A DNA stretch of 63,950 nucleotides, filler included, from Candidatus Rokuibacteriota bacterium (GTDB taxonomy: Bacteria > JAUVQV01 > DATDCY01): the NCBI GenBank assembly GCA_031406795.1. It is 9 parts of 9 records of this genome, joined end to end, with 100 filler letters (N's around TTAATTAATTAA, not from the genome) between each part and the next. Parts side by side here need not be neighbours in the genome. Positions count along the whole stretch, not along the records: positions 38,056 to 46,914 come from JANOHV010000141.1; positions 47,015 to 50,458 come from JANOHV010000175.1; positions 50,559 to 54,897 come from JANOHV010000178.1; 6 more parts are not named here. One strand, written 5' to 3'. The number at the start of each line of letters is the position of its first letter. Position 1 is the first letter of the stretch. The position numbers were made by a program, and so were the translations under genes. Below, one piece after another: positions 43,864 to 54,997 of the stretch. Under the pieces are notes generated by a model. The model made no database searches and was not told the origin of the DNA. It saw only the letters and a list, made by a program, of their open reading frames with translations.

Positions 43864-45044
43864 AATCATTGCGCGCCATTCCGATTCCCGGCCTGCTGAC
43901 GGCCGCCATCTTCCTTCTGGCACCGGCGGGCGCGATCGCCGCGGAGGGCATTCAGATCGGGCCGGCGCTGCTGTTCCCGGCCCTGGGCGTCACCGCGACG
44001 CACGACGACAACGTCCACCTGGCCTCGGAGAACCCCGAGAGCGGCTGGGTGACGTCGATTGCCCCCGCGCTGCGCCTGGAGCTGCCCGTGCGCCGCTTCA
44101 CGCTGAGCGCCGAAGGCGGTCTCGATTTCCTGAGCTACCACGGCGTAGAAGAGCGGAACGGCGCGGACTGGTTCGTCGGCGCCGCGGTCGGCGCGGATTT
44201 TCCCGGCGGCTTGAGCTTCAAGCTCGCCGACCGGCACGCGAAGCGCTACCTGCCCGGCACGCAGGAGTTCGGCGACGGCGAGGACTTCACGCTGAACACG
44301 TTGAGCGCCAGCGTGGCCTACGCCATCCGGGACGCGCTGCGGCTGGAAATCTCCGGGAACCGCACGCAGCCCACCTTCGAGCTCAGCGTCCAGCGCGACC
44401 GCGTCGAGACCACGGTCCAGGCGGATCTGCACTGGAGATTCCGGCCGGCGCTCTCCGCGTTGATCGAGGCCTCCCAGGTGACCTACGCGTACGACTCTTT
44501 GAGCGCGCAGGACAACAGCGCGATCCAGGCCGCCGCCGGCCTGACCTGGGATGTCACGTCACGGTCGGCCGGACTGGTCAAGGCGGGATTTCAGTGGAAA
44601 CGCTACGAGGCGCAGGACCCCTCGCTCGGCACCGAAGACGGCAGCTACTACACGCTGCTGGCGGGGGTCAGGCACTCGTTCACCCGGCGGACGCTGCTGG
44701 GCATCGATCTCTCCCGCGCGTCGCGGGAATCCGATTACCCGCAGAACCCCTATTACCTGAGGACGGCGGCGGCCGCGAGCCTCTCGCAGCGCTTCACGCC
44801 GAAGATCCATGCCCGCGTCGGCGTGCAGTACGGCAGTGACGACTACCCGAACGCGGTGGTGTCGGGGTTCGAAGCGGGCGAGCGGACCGACACCACGCTC
44901 GGCGGATCCGCGGCGCTGGGCTTCGACGCGACCCGGTGGCTCACGCTCGAGCTGGCGGCCGGCGTCGAGAGCCGCAACTCCACCATCGACAGTTTCGATT
45001 ACGACGTCGCCCGGGTCTCGCTGAGCGCCAAGGCCGCCTTCTAG
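43860..45044 (+). CDS. EPS-associated outer membrane beta-barrel protein
   Basis: Signal peptide, HDDNV, amphipathic strands, terminal Phe. Confidence 0.78.
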   Translation: MKSLRAIPIPGLLTAAIFLLAPAGAIAAEGIQIGPALLFPALGVTATHDDNVHLASENPESGWVTSIAPALRLELPVRRFTLSAEGGLDFLSYHGVEERNGADWFVGAAVGADFPGGLSFKLADRHAKRYLPGTQEFGDGEDFTLNTLSASVAYAIRDALRLEISGNRTQPTFELSVQRDRVETTVQADLHWRFRPALSALIEASQVTYAYDSLSAQDNSAIQAAAGLTWDVTSRSAGLVKAGFQWKRYEAQDPSLGTEDGSYYTLLAGVRHSFTRRTLLGIDLSRASRESDYPQNPYYLRTAAAASLSQRFTPKIHARVGVQYGSDDYPNAVVSGFEAGERTDTTLGGSAALGFDATRWLTLELAAGVESRNSTIDSFDYDVARVSLSAKAAF

Positions 45045-45063
45045 TCGTTCGCCGGCTCTCCGC

Positions 45064-45143
45064 GGTAACCCTTCAATGAACGGTGCCCCCATCAGTACCG
45101 CTCGCCCTGAGCCCGTCGAAGGGCGCTTGTATGAAGGGTTACC
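45064..45143. repeat. 80-bp MITE-like element (family B)
   Basis: Perfect 12-bp TIR GGTAACCCTTCA/TGAAGGGTTACC enclosing CGCCCTGAGCCCGTCGAAGGGCG. Confidence 0.72.
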
Positions 45144-45242
45144 CTTCGTAAGCGTTGCCGGCTTGATTTCCCACCCCCGCTCGTTGCAGAATTCATCTTC
45201 TATCAGGCGGTGTCCGACGTTCAACAACGGGAGGGAGGCGAG

Positions 45243-46121
45243 ATGACGGAGCAGGGCAGGATTGTCCGCGGCATGGGCTGGTTGCCGGATTGGCCTGACA
45301 TCCGCGACTACACCGCGGAACACGAGCAGATCGCCCCGCTGCTGGCGCGGGCGCACATGCGCTCGCCGCGCAAGAAACTCCCCGCGAAGGCCGACCTGCG
45401 CGAATGGTGTCCGCCCATCGAAGACCAGGGGCAGATCGGCTCGTGCACTGCGAACGCGGGGGTGGCGCTCGTGGAGTACTTCGAGCAGCGCGCGTTCGGC
45501 AAGCACGTGGATGCCTCGCGGCTGTTTCTGTACAAGGCGACGCGCAACCTGCTGAAACTCAAGGGCGACACCGGCGCGTATCTGCGCACGACGATGGGCG
45601 CGCTGGTGCTCTTCGGCGTGCCGCCGGAGAAGTTCTGGCCCTACGCCGAGAAGGACGTCGAGAAGGAGCCGCCGGCGTTCTGCTACGCGTTCGCGGCGAA
45701 ATACTGCGCGATGAGCTATTTTTCGCTCGACCCGCCGGGGACGAAACCCGCCACGCTGATCGAGAAGATCAAGACCTATATCGCGGGCGGCGTCCCGTCG
45801 ATGTTCGGCTTCACGGTCTACACCTCGATCGAGCAGGCGGGCGCGGGCGGCGAGATCCCGTTCCCGGGGATGAAGGAGAAGGTCTCGGGCGGGCACGCGA
45901 TCGTCGCGGTCGGGTATGACGACGCGAAGAAGATCAAGAACAAGGAGCGCGGCGCGAAGCAGACCGTCGGCGCCTTCCTGATCCGCAACAGCTGGGGCGC
46001 GGGGTGGGGCGAGAAGGGCTACGGCTGGCTGCCCTACGATTACGTCGCCGCCGGCCTCGCCGAAGACTGGTGGACACTGATCAAGGCCGAGTGGGTGGAC
46101 TCGGGGGAGTTCGGACTGTGA
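45243..46121 (+). CDS. papain-like (C1) cysteine peptidase
   Basis: DQG.IGSCTA, GGHA...VGYDD, IRNSWG..WG..GY. Confidence 0.92.
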   Translation: MTEQGRIVRGMGWLPDWPDIRDYTAEHEQIAPLLARAHMRSPRKKLPAKADLREWCPPIEDQGQIGSCTANAGVALVEYFEQRAFGKHVDASRLFLYKATRNLLKLKGDTGAYLRTTMGALVLFGVPPEKFWPYAEKDVEKEPPAFCYAFAAKYCAMSYFSLDPPGTKPATLIEKIKTYIAGGVPSMFGFTVYTSIEQAGAGGEIPFPGMKEKVSGGHAIVAVGYDDAKKIKNKERGAKQTVGAFLIRNSWGAGWGEKGYGWLPYDYVAAGLAEDWWTLIKAEWVDSGEFGL

Positions 46122-46914
46122 AGAATATTCTCGTCACCGGGGCCGCGGGTTTCATCGGCTCGGGCCTCTCGCGGCGGCTGCTCGAGCGGGGCGACACCGT
46201 CGTCGGGCTCGACAACATGAACGACTACTACGACGTCACGCTGAAGCAGGCGCGGCTCGATCGGCTGCTGGCGCACGGCGGATTCACCCATGCGCGCATT
46301 TCGCTCGAGGACCGCGAGGCGATGGCGCGGCTCTTCGCGGAGCAGGGCTTCGACGCGGTGGTCAACCTGGCGGCGCAGGCGGGCGTGCGCTACTCGCTGG
46401 TGAACCCGCACTCCTACGCGGAGTCGAACCTGGTGGGTTTTCTCAACGTGCTCGAGGGGTGCCGGCACACGAAGGTCGGGCACCTGGTGTTCGCCTCGTC
46501 GAGTTCGGTCTACGGCGCGAACCGCGCGATGCCGTTCTCGGTGCACGACAACGTCGATCACCCGGTGTCGCTGTACGCCGCCACGAAAAAGGCCAACGAG
46601 CTGATGGCGCACGCCTACGCCTCGCTCTTCGGGATCTCCTGCACGGGGCTGCGCTTTTTCACCGTGTACGGCCCGTGGGGCCGCCCGGACATGGCGCTCT
46701 TTCTCTTCACGAAGGCGATCATCGAGGGGCGGCCGATCGAGGTGTTCAACGAGGGAAAGATGCGGCGCGACTTCACCTACATCGACGACATTGTCGAGGG
46801 GGTGGTCCGGGTTACCGACCGGGTCGCCGCGCCCGATCCGGCCTGGAACGGCATGCGGCCGGACAGCGCGACGAGCTACGCGCCGTGGCGGATCTACAAC
46901 ATCGGCAACAACGA
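46118..46914 (+). CDS. UDP-glucuronate 4-epimerase-like SDR (partial)
   Basis: [38 protein letters not shown]. Confidence 0.9.
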
Positions 46915-47014
46915 NNNNNNNNNNNNNNNNNNNNNNNNNNNNNNNNNNNNNNNNNNNNTTAATTAATTAANNNNNNNNNNNNNNNNNNNNNNNNNNNNNN
47001 NNNNNNNNNNNNNN

Positions 47015-49359
47015 CCCATCTCGTCCTGGATGGCCTTGGACTGCATGAAGTAGTTGTTCACCGGGACCTGGTCGGTCGTGACGAATGAGACGCTCTCGTC
47101 ACCGATGCGCGACACGCCCCAATACGGGAAAGCGGTCGGGAAGGTCTTGTTGTAGGCCGTGTCGTAGGCCGATTGGGCGACGATCACCGGGTTCTGGGAT
47201 TTTGCGAACACGCCGGGCACGAAGTTCCCCCCGGCGGTGCTGCCGGTCGACCTGAAGGCATTCTCCAGGTTCGTCAGCAAAGTCGGGCTAAAATCGTTGA
47301 CGGGCGCGACACCGCCGCTTCCCGACACCCTGATCTGCATGATCGTGCGGGTGTTGGGGCCGAAGCCGACCGGCGTGCCGGCGGACCCGCCGATATCGGT
47401 CAGGTCTTCCGCGCCGGTGAAATAATCGTAGTGCGGATCCAGGGCCGGATAGGGGGCGGGGGAGTCATTGTACAGAATCAGGGTCTTGCCGGCGTACTGG
47501 GAGAAGTCGACGATGACGTCCGAGCGCTCGGCGGGGCCGAGAATCATCGTGCCCTGGTTGACGTTGCCCGCGTTGAAAGTGGTGACGTCAGTGTTCCAGT
47601 TGATCGGCGTGTTCTCCAGAAGCACGGGGGCCGGCAGGAATCCCCCTTCGGTGCCGATCTGGATCCACGCGGGGCCGGCCGTCGCCGGGTCGGGCACGCC
47701 GCCGGGGCGGCCGTCCGTCGGCCAGGTTTCCGGGAAACCCGGGGTCGCCGCGGCCGGCACCATCCGGACCTCGGTCAGTCCCCGGTTGTCGGCGGATCTG
47801 ACGACCGGGTCGGCCACATAGAACTGCAGGTTGAAGAACCGGTCGTGCGCGGCGTTGAGAATGCGGAACCGGTACGGCCTCGGCTGCAGATCCAGGGTCG
47901 GATAGGCGGTGCCGTTGACCAGCGGTGTGTCCATGAACGCCTCCGCACCCCAGGACGGGTTCGGGGTGCCGGGCATCTCGGGCGGCTGCCAGGGCTGCGT
48001 GCACGGCCCGTCGACATTGTAGGGGAACGGCTTCGCCGCGTCGGCCAGCCAACAGTCGAAGTAGGGGTTCGCAACAGGCGGAAAGGCGATATTCAGCGTG
48101 GGCGGGAAGAACCAGGGACCATAGTGCCAGCGGCCGAAGGGGTTGGCGCCGCCGGCGTCATAGGGATTCTGCGCAGGCATGTAGACGTGCGGCCACCAGA
48201 GATCGCCGGTCCTCGGCACGGCGGCCGGTTTGCCCGGAGCGGTGCCCCAGGCCCAGGTCGGGTCAGTGGCGCCGATCGTCGCGGCGTCGACGAAGGTCTT
48301 GTCCTGGATGATCAGCGGGATCTGGTCCGCGGGAATAGTCCCCGCGGTGATCAGGTCCTGTTCGGTCTGGTCCGTGATCAGGTAGACGGCGGCCTCGCCG
48401 GCGTAGACGTTGAGCCGGGTGATACCCCAGGAATGGTCGTGGTAGAACATCAACCGCGCGCTCTGCTGGTTGGTCCAGTAGAAGGTCTGGGCGCCGGGGC
48501 CCGGATTCGGCATGTCCGGGACGTTCTGAACGCTGTCGCCCTTGAGATAGACGGTGGCCTCGCCGGCGGGGGTGATCCACTGATGGGGTGTCCCGTCGCT
48601 GATCCAGGGACTGAGGCCGCCGTGCAGGTGCAGCGTGGCGCGGTTTTCCGTGAAGTCGACGCACGCGGTGAGCGGGTTGTTCGGATCGTACAGCGGGTCG
48701 GCCGGGTCCATGCAGTCCACGCCGCTCGCCGTCTTGCGGCCCATGCCGGCGCCCATGATCGAAGTGTCGACCGGGATGAAAAGCTCCCCTCCCTGGCCCG
48801 TGGGGAGGTAGTTGACGAACTTGACGCGGACCGGCCGATCCTTCCTGGCGACGATGATCGGGCCGAGATACTGCGGTTTCAGAACCGCAAAGACCGGATT
48901 GCCGCCCGTGTCCAGGATGGGGCCGCCGCCAACGTACCTCAAGGGGAAGTGGCTGCTGACCCCACTGTTGGCCGCGGTCTCGAGCTGGACGTAGCCGCGC
49001 AGCCGCGTGGGAGGCAGGTCGCTGTGCATCTGCTGTTCGTACTCGACCACGGCGATTTCGTAATAATCGGAGGGCGGCGCCGGGAAGGCGTCCGGATCGG
49101 CGACCGCGACGGGAATGCACTGGCCGAGCGGCGTCGGCGTCGTGCAACCCAGCGGCGGGAGCGAGTCGACGAATTTCCGCAACGGGGGGGAATTCGCCCA
49201 GTTCGGGTTGCCGAAATAGTCCGGAATCAGGTAGCCGCTCGCCGGGTCGACCACCAGCGCCGCCGAGGCGTCGTGGGACCAGACCGGCAGAACCGCAAGC
49301 GACAGAGAGACGAGCAGTGCCTTCAACGAGTTCTTCATGCGACCATCTACTCCCGACAT
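47015..49359 (-). CDS. large secreted multicopper oxidase (OmpB/MofA-like), N-terminal part
   Basis: Signal peptide, HLHG, FYHDH, YRFRILNA. Confidence 0.85.
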
Positions 49360-49363
49360 GGGG

Positions 49364-49678
49364 TCACTTGACTCCCTGGGCTGCGGGAGTCAGGGCTCCG
49401 GCTTTCTTTGCCTCGATCTCGGCCAGCTTGCGCCTCCTGGCCTCCATCGCCGCGAGCTTCTCGGCGAGGGTGAATCGGTGACTCCTTGAAGCCGGTCTGC
49501 CCACCACCGGCACGGCCTGCGGGGTCTTGTCGGCGGGAACCACGACGAGGATCGGGCCGGAAGCGTCCGGCCGGACGACCATCCCCGGTTCAGCCGCCGG
49601 AACTGCGGCTCCAGGAAGCAATAGGGTGAAGACCAGAATGGAAACTGCAGTCACTCGCCCAATCGATCTGTTGCTCAC
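49364..49678 (-). CDS. small secreted hypothetical protein
   Basis: Signal-peptide-like N-terminus; abuts the multicopper oxidase. Confidence 0.55.
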   Translation of the reverse strand: MSNRSIGRVTAVSILVFTLLLPGAAVPAAEPGMVVRPDASGPILVVVPADKTPQAVPVVGRPASRSHRFTLAEKLAAMEARRRKLAEIEAKKAGALTPAAQGVK

Positions 49679-50067
49679 TCTGACTCCTCTTCTGCCGTAA
49701 TCGCTGCCAACCCACCGTCATTCAACGCCGGAGGCGCCGTCACCTCAAACGCTTCTTGGCGCTGGTGCGCATCCTCCAACGGACTTGTGATTATAGCATG
49801 GGCACGACGCGACCTTCCTCCCGGCAGCCGCCACCCAACCTCCTCGCTCTTCACGCTCCGGTTTCCTGCTCGTGAAATCGGTCGCCTCCCTGAGAGGCCG
49901 CATCGACGGGGCGGCGCTGAGTCCGCCGCTGTCAGGCTGGCATTCGTCGGCAGGTGACGTGGCCGGCGGCAGGGCAATGCCGGTGGAATAACGCGCCGCA
50001 ATCTGCTATTTTCATAAGCATTGGACAAGAGAACCGTGACCCGGGCGAACCGCGAGGAGGATCCGCC

Positions 50068-50458
50068 TTGAATTCAACCGTGACCTATCCTATCGATCGC
50101 ACCGCCGCGATCCCCGCGGAGTTCGTCCGCCGCGTCTACGCCTGGATGTTCGCCGGCCTCGCGCTCACCAGCGTGGCGGCGCTCTTCACGGCAGGCAGTC
50201 CCGGCCTGCTCAAAGCCATCTTCGGGAACCGCATGGTGTTCTATGCGCTCATCTTCGGCGAACTCGGTCTGGTGATCGCCATCAGCGGCGCCATCAACCG
50301 GCTCAGCGCCGGCGCCGCAACGGGGCTCTTCCTGCTCTACTCCGCGCTCAACGGGGTGACGCTGGCCTCGATCTTCCTCATCTACACCGGCGGGTCCATC
50401 GCCGCGACGTTCTTTGTCTCCGCCTCGACTTTCGGCGCGATGAGCGCGTACGGGTATC
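50068..50458 (+). CDS. Bax inhibitor-1/YccA family membrane protein (partial)
   Basis: RVY.WM..GL..T, LF.LYSALNG.TL..IF..YT..SI...F. Confidence 0.88.
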
Positions 50459-50558
50459 NNNNNNNNNNNNNNNNNNNNNNNNNNNNNNNNNNNNNNNNNN
50501 NNTTAATTAATTAANNNNNNNNNNNNNNNNNNNNNNNNNNNNNNNNNNNNNNNNNNNN

Positions 50559-50586
50559 GCCGCAGATGGGCCCTTTTCAGCAGCCG
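50559..50586 (-). repeat. end of a family A MITE copy
   Basis: GCAGATGGGCCCTTTTCAGC at the contig edge. Confidence 0.75.
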
Positions 50587-50590
50587 TACT

Positions 50591-52840
50591 TCAGACGGTG
50601 AATTTCTCCAGTTCGTCGTGGAGCTTCTGAGCGGCGGAGGTCAGTGCCCCGATCGTGGGTTTCATTTCGTTCGAAGAGAGCACCAGCGAGCCGGTCGCCT
50701 GCTGGATCCGGTCCATCGAGCTGACGATTTCCGCGTTCTTCTGCTTCTGCAGCCCCGTCGCCTGCGCGATGGCCTCCGCCTGACGCGCAACGTCGTCGAT
50801 CGCCTCCACCATGTGGTTGCTGCCCTGACGCTGCTCGCCGATCGCCCCGCGCACCTGGCGGGAAACCTCCTTCATCTTCTCGGTCTGGCCGATGATGAAG
50901 ATGCTGCCCGTGTTCTGCTCCTGCAGCGCCCGGGCGATGCCCTCGGCGTGGCTGACCATCTCCTGGATGGCGTGGGCGATCTGGTTTACCGCCTGCGCCT
51001 CCTCGGCCGTCGAGCGCTGGATCGCCTTCGCCATATCCGACGACGCCACCGAACTCTTCGCGATGCTGCCGAGCGCCCTCTCGACGCCCCGCACGAGCTT
51101 CAACCCGGCGTCGACCGCCTCCAGCCCGCTGGCGGCCTTCGTGACGCTCGAAGAAGTCTCCTCGCGCACCGTGGCGATCAGCCCGCCGATCTCCTTCACG
51201 GACACCGAGGTCTTCTCCGCCAGGTGCTTGATCTCCGCAGCCACCACGGCAAATCCGCGACCGTGCACCCCGGCCTGCGCGGAGAGGATGGCCGCGTTCA
51301 GGGCCAGGAGATTCGTCCGGTCGGCGATGTCGTCGATGATGGTCAGAATGGAGCCGATGTCCAGGGAGCGCTTGCCCAGCGACTCGACGACGTCCGCGAG
51401 CGACCGCACGCTGGCGCGGATGCGCTCGATCCCCGTCAGGGCATCGACGGCGGCGGCGGCCCCCCGGCCCGAAGCGTCGGCCAGGACCTGTTCCGCGAGA
51501 CCGACGGACTCGACGGCGTGGTGCTCGATCTCCTTGGTCGAGGCGCTGACCTGCGTGACCGAGGAGGTGATTCTCTCCGACGACGCGGAAAGCGACTCGA
51601 GCCCCTTGGCAATCTCCCTGATGCCCATGATCAGCTGGTGCACCGACGAGGCGGTCGCTTCGGTCGAGGACTCCAGCACCTCCGAGCTTCCGGCGACGCT
51701 GTTGATCGCCTGACGTGTTTCGGTGATCACGGAAGAGGCGTTCACCGCGGACTGCGAGAGCCGGTGCGCGCTCTCGACCATGGCGGTGTTCGAAACGCTC
51801 ATGTCCGCGACGGCGCCGGCGGTGGTCTCGATGGCGGTCTTCTGAACGTCGGCGGCGCTCATGACCCGCCGCGAGGCGGAGACGATGTCCTCAGTGGTCT
51901 GCGACAGACTCTCGGTGACCTCCCGGATCTTCAGGAACATCTCCTTGAGGTTGGCGGCCATGGTGTTGATGGCCCCGCCGAGCAGCGCAATCTCGCCGCG
52001 CCCGCGGATCGGCAGCGTGTGGGTCAGGTCCCCCGACGCGATCTTCTCCGCGGCGCCCTTCATCTCCAGCAGCGGACGGATCACCAGCCTCCGCGTCGCG
52101 GCCATGCCGAGCAGCAACGCCAGCACGACGGCCGAGACGCTCACCGAAACCAGCGCGACGCGGGCCTTGCGCTGCACCGCCGCCACCTCCTCGCGGGTCT
52201 CGTTCATCAGCGTGCCCACCGTGACCAGCAGCTCGTCAATCGCCGATTCGACCTTGCCGCTCGCGGCAAGAATATCCTCGCGGATCAGCAGGTTCAGGCG
52301 CGGATTGCTCAGGCTCTCCTTCGCGGCCGCCCCGCTCGCATCCGCTGCCGCCGCCTCGAGCAATTCGCTCTTGAGGGAGAGCAGCCGGCCCGCGGCGGCT
52401 TCGAACTCGGTCCAGACGGCCTGCACGGCGCTGATCTTCTGCTCGAGCTTGCTGCCGGCCGGCGCGGCCTCGATGCCGACCTTCGCGTTGCCCTTGAGCA
52501 GCAGGTTCAGATACCCGCGGAAGCGCTCCCGCATCATCTCGTAGTCGTCCCGGGCGAAGTCGAAGTCGTCGGCTTCCCTGAACGCCATCGCCGCTTCGAG
52601 GAGGTGGACCCGGGACTCCTGCACGGTGACCTTCATCAGCACCGCCATCTTCTCCTGGGCGGCCCGGGTCCGCACCATCTCCTGAACCGTGCCGCCGACC
52701 AGCGTGATTCTCGAGATGCCGAACACGCCGGTGACGGCGACGATCAGGGCCATCACCAGGAAGAGGGCGGTGAAGCGCGCCGCCAGACCTTGGCGCCAGT
52801 TCGCCAGCCGCCGGGGCAAGGAGGGGCGCTGTTCAACCAT
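50591..52840 (-). CDS. methyl-accepting chemotaxis protein
   Basis: Two TM helices around a helical sensor domain, [27 protein letters not shown]. Confidence 0.94.
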   Translation of the reverse strand: MVEQRPSLPRRLANWRQGLAARFTALFLVMALIVAVTGVFGISRITLVGGTVQEMVRTRAAQEKMAVLMKVTVQESRVHLLEAAMAFREADDFDFARDDYEMMRERFRGYLNLLLKGNAKVGIEAAPAGSKLEQKISAVQAVWTEFEAAAGRLLSLKSELLEAAAADASGAAAKESLSNPRLNLLIREDILAASGKVESAIDELLVTVGTLMNETREEVAAVQRKARVALVSVSVSAVVLALLLGMAATRRLVIRPLLEMKGAAEKIASGDLTHTLPIRGRGEIALLGGAINTMAANLKEMFLKIREVTESLSQTTEDIVSASRRVMSAADVQKTAIETTAGAVADMSVSNTAMVESAHRLSQSAVNASSVITETRQAINSVAGSSEVLESSTEATASSVHQLIMGIREIAKGLESLSASSERITSSVTQVSASTKEIEHHAVESVGLAEQVLADASGRGAAAAVDALTGIERIRASVRSLADVVESLGKRSLDIGSILTIIDDIADRTNLLALNAAILSAQAGVHGRGFAVVAAEIKHLAEKTSVSVKEIGGLIATVREETSSSVTKAASGLEAVDAGLKLVRGVERALGSIAKSSVASSDMAKAIQRSTAEEAQAVNQIAHAIQEMVSHAEGIARALQEQNTGSIFIIGQTEKMKEVSRQVRGAIGEQRQGSNHMVEAIDDVARQAEAIAQATGLQKQKNAEIVSSMDRIQQATGSLVLSSNEMKPTIGALTSAAQKLHDELEKFTV

Positions 52841-52911
52841 GGCTTGCCGGTGCGTGCCGCCCGCGGCGCCCGTGCCGGGCGGGCGCCGGGCGACAGTTCA
52901 CGCGATCCGCC

Positions 52912-53289
52912 TCACCGGGCGGCCTCATCGATCAGATAGTTCATCAGTTCGACGACCTGTTTGACCTGCTCCTTGTTCATGTCGGAGTCCGGCTTGCGCA
53001 ACATCTTGATGCCGTAGGCCTTCGTCGCCCCCCGGTCGAAGGGCTGCCCGGAGACCGGGGCGACGCCGGTCTTGATGGAGACGATCGTCCGCTCCATGGT
53101 GTGGCACTTGACGCACTTGACCCGCATGACCTCGAACTTCTGCCTCATCTCGCCGGGGAAGATGGCGGGATCGAAGTTCATCGCGTCGCCGCTGCCAACG
53201 GTCTTGAGGTCGGCGGCCGCGAGCGGGCCCGCCGCGAGGCACAGCGCCGCCGCGACGAACAGCGGCTTGAGTTTCCAAGTTCTGCCCAT
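52912..53289 (-). CDS. periplasmic monoheme cytochrome c
   Basis: Signal peptide, CVKCH, distal Met candidate (KM.RKP). Confidence 0.85.
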   Translation of the reverse strand: MGRTWKLKPLFVAAALCLAAGPLAAADLKTVGSGDAMNFDPAIFPGEMRQKFEVMRVKCVKCHTMERTIVSIKTGVAPVSGQPFDRGATKAYGIKMLRKPDSDMNKEQVKQVVELMNYLIDEAAR

Positions 53290-53298
53290 GTGACCCCC

Positions 53299-54627
53299 CT
53301 AGAAGGACAGCGTCGCGCTCAGCGTCGCCGTGGTGTTGGCGTCGGCCTCGCCGGTGTTGGCGCTGGTGGGATTGGAGTCGATGGCGGCGCTCAGCTGCAG
53401 CTTGAAGCTCTGCAACGGGGCGTAGATGATGGCGGGGATGATGACCGTCCTCTGGTCCTTCCCATCGACATCGAGAACGTCGTAGCGCACTCCCGCCGCA
53501 AACTTCGCGCTCAGGAAATAGTCGAACCCCGCAGAGAGCGCCGTGGATTTCAACGGATCGTCGGCATCGGCGTTGTTCTCGCCGAAAGTCGCGCCGAGCA
53601 TCAGGATCGCCTTTTTATAGCTCGCCTCGGCCTGGACGCCGTAGCGGGACAGGTCGTGGTCGACGCCGTCGCCTATCGACGTCGAGCCGAAGTACCCGAA
53701 GGCGCCGACGGAAACCGACAGGTAATCCCAGACGGAGTCCTTGTCGAGGTCGATGTCCGGCTCCTTCCCGTGATAATCGGCCCCGCCGAATTTCACGCCG
53801 ATGCGCCCGTAAAAATCGTTGACGCTGTTTGCCGCGGCGACCTTGCCCGCGACGACCTCGCCCTTGGCGTTGACGGTCGCGGGGGCGTTCGCTGCGGTAT
53901 TGTTATTCCGGTCGTTCATGCCGAGGACGACCTGGACCCGGGGACCGAGGAAGGAGCTGAGCTCGAGTCCGGCCTGTGCCCCGGTCCACGAGAAGCCGTC
54001 TGCGGTATAGCCTGCAGATGAGACCGTCGGGCGGACCAACAGCGTCGATCGGAGGCTCAGGTCGGGGGAGAATTTCCCGGCCCGGATGTGGGCGGGAATC
54101 CCCAGCGGGTCGCGGACCGCAAACCAGTACCCGGGGGCCGTGGGACTCGCGCTGAAGCTGCCCAGGCTCTGGTTGAACCAGAAGCCGATGATGTCCCAGC
54201 CAAAGGCGCCACCCGCCAACAGCGAAGCCCTGAGGTTCTTCTGATCGAATTCGTCCTCTTTGGTGTCGTCGAAGATGTAGCTCGTGGCCAGCACGGCGGA
54301 GAGCGGCAACACCGCCGGAATGCCCGAGAGATTGATGAATTCCGCCGACTTGCGCTCCTCCTCGGTCTGGGAGACCCTCACCTTCTTCGATATCGGCACA
54401 CCCCCGGGCCAGACAAAGACGTTCTTCTCGAAGGCCTGCCCGAACTCGTTGAGGTGCGGGAAGATCGTATGGCAGGTCGTGCACTCGGTCTTGTACTCGC
54501 GGGAAAAAGCCGGGATCGCTTCGGCGCGGGGAACGCAGAAGACCGTCAGAAAGAGCGTGGAGAGCGCGACGAGCGTACCGATCCCCAGAACCTTGCGAAC
54601 AACCGCTGCTGCCGAGTAATTACTCAT
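53299..54627 (-). CDS. Cyc2-like fused monoheme cytochrome-porin
   Basis: Signal peptide, then IPAFSREY...CTTCH..FP.LN.FG..F, a beta-barrel body and terminal Phe. Confidence 0.8.
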   Translation of the reverse strand: MSNYSAAAVVRKVLGIGTLVALSTLFLTVFCVPRAEAIPAFSREYKTECTTCHTIFPHLNEFGQAFEKNVFVWPGGVPISKKVRVSQTEEERKSAEFINLSGIPAVLPLSAVLATSYIFDDTKEDEFDQKNLRASLLAGGAFGWDIIGFWFNQSLGSFSASPTAPGYWFAVRDPLGIPAHIRAGKFSPDLSLRSTLLVRPTVSSAGYTADGFSWTGAQAGLELSSFLGPRVQVVLGMNDRNNNTAANAPATVNAKGEVVAGKVAAANSVNDFYGRIGVKFGGADYHGKEPDIDLDKDSVWDYLSVSVGAFGYFGSTSIGDGVDHDLSRYGVQAEASYKKAILMLGATFGENNADADDPLKSTALSAGFDYFLSAKFAAGVRYDVLDVDGKDQRTVIIPAIIYAPLQSFKLQLSAAIDSNPTSANTGEADANTTATLSATLSF

Positions 54628-54997
54628 CAGTCCCTCCCAGTGAAATAGAGCTTTCCCAATTAAAACTTTTTCTATCATGAATGAGTGCGAATAATCACCA
54701 TCTATCTTCGACTCCCTGAAATCCGCAGCGCAGATCCCCGATCCGCGCGTACGCGCGGATCCAGCAGCAGAGGAAGCATTTCAACCGCCGAAAAAGCCGG
54801 ACTTATTGCAGGAAGCACGGCGTGGCAGAGGGCAAGCATCGCTTGAAGCAGGCATTGCGATCAGATATGAGCAACGACTTGGATAAACCGGACCAGGNNN
54901 NNNNNNNNNNNNNNNNNNNNNNNNNNNNNNNNNNNNNNNNNTTAATTAATTAANNNNNNNNNNNNNNNNNNNNNNNNNNNNNNNNNNNNNNNNNNNN

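Noticed and set aside
49700-49780. c-di-GMP-I riboswitch-like words upstream of the multicopper oxidase operon
   Set aside because: Only GCCTCCGGC and GGGTTG match. The GCAAA and GAAA tetraloop elements are missing.
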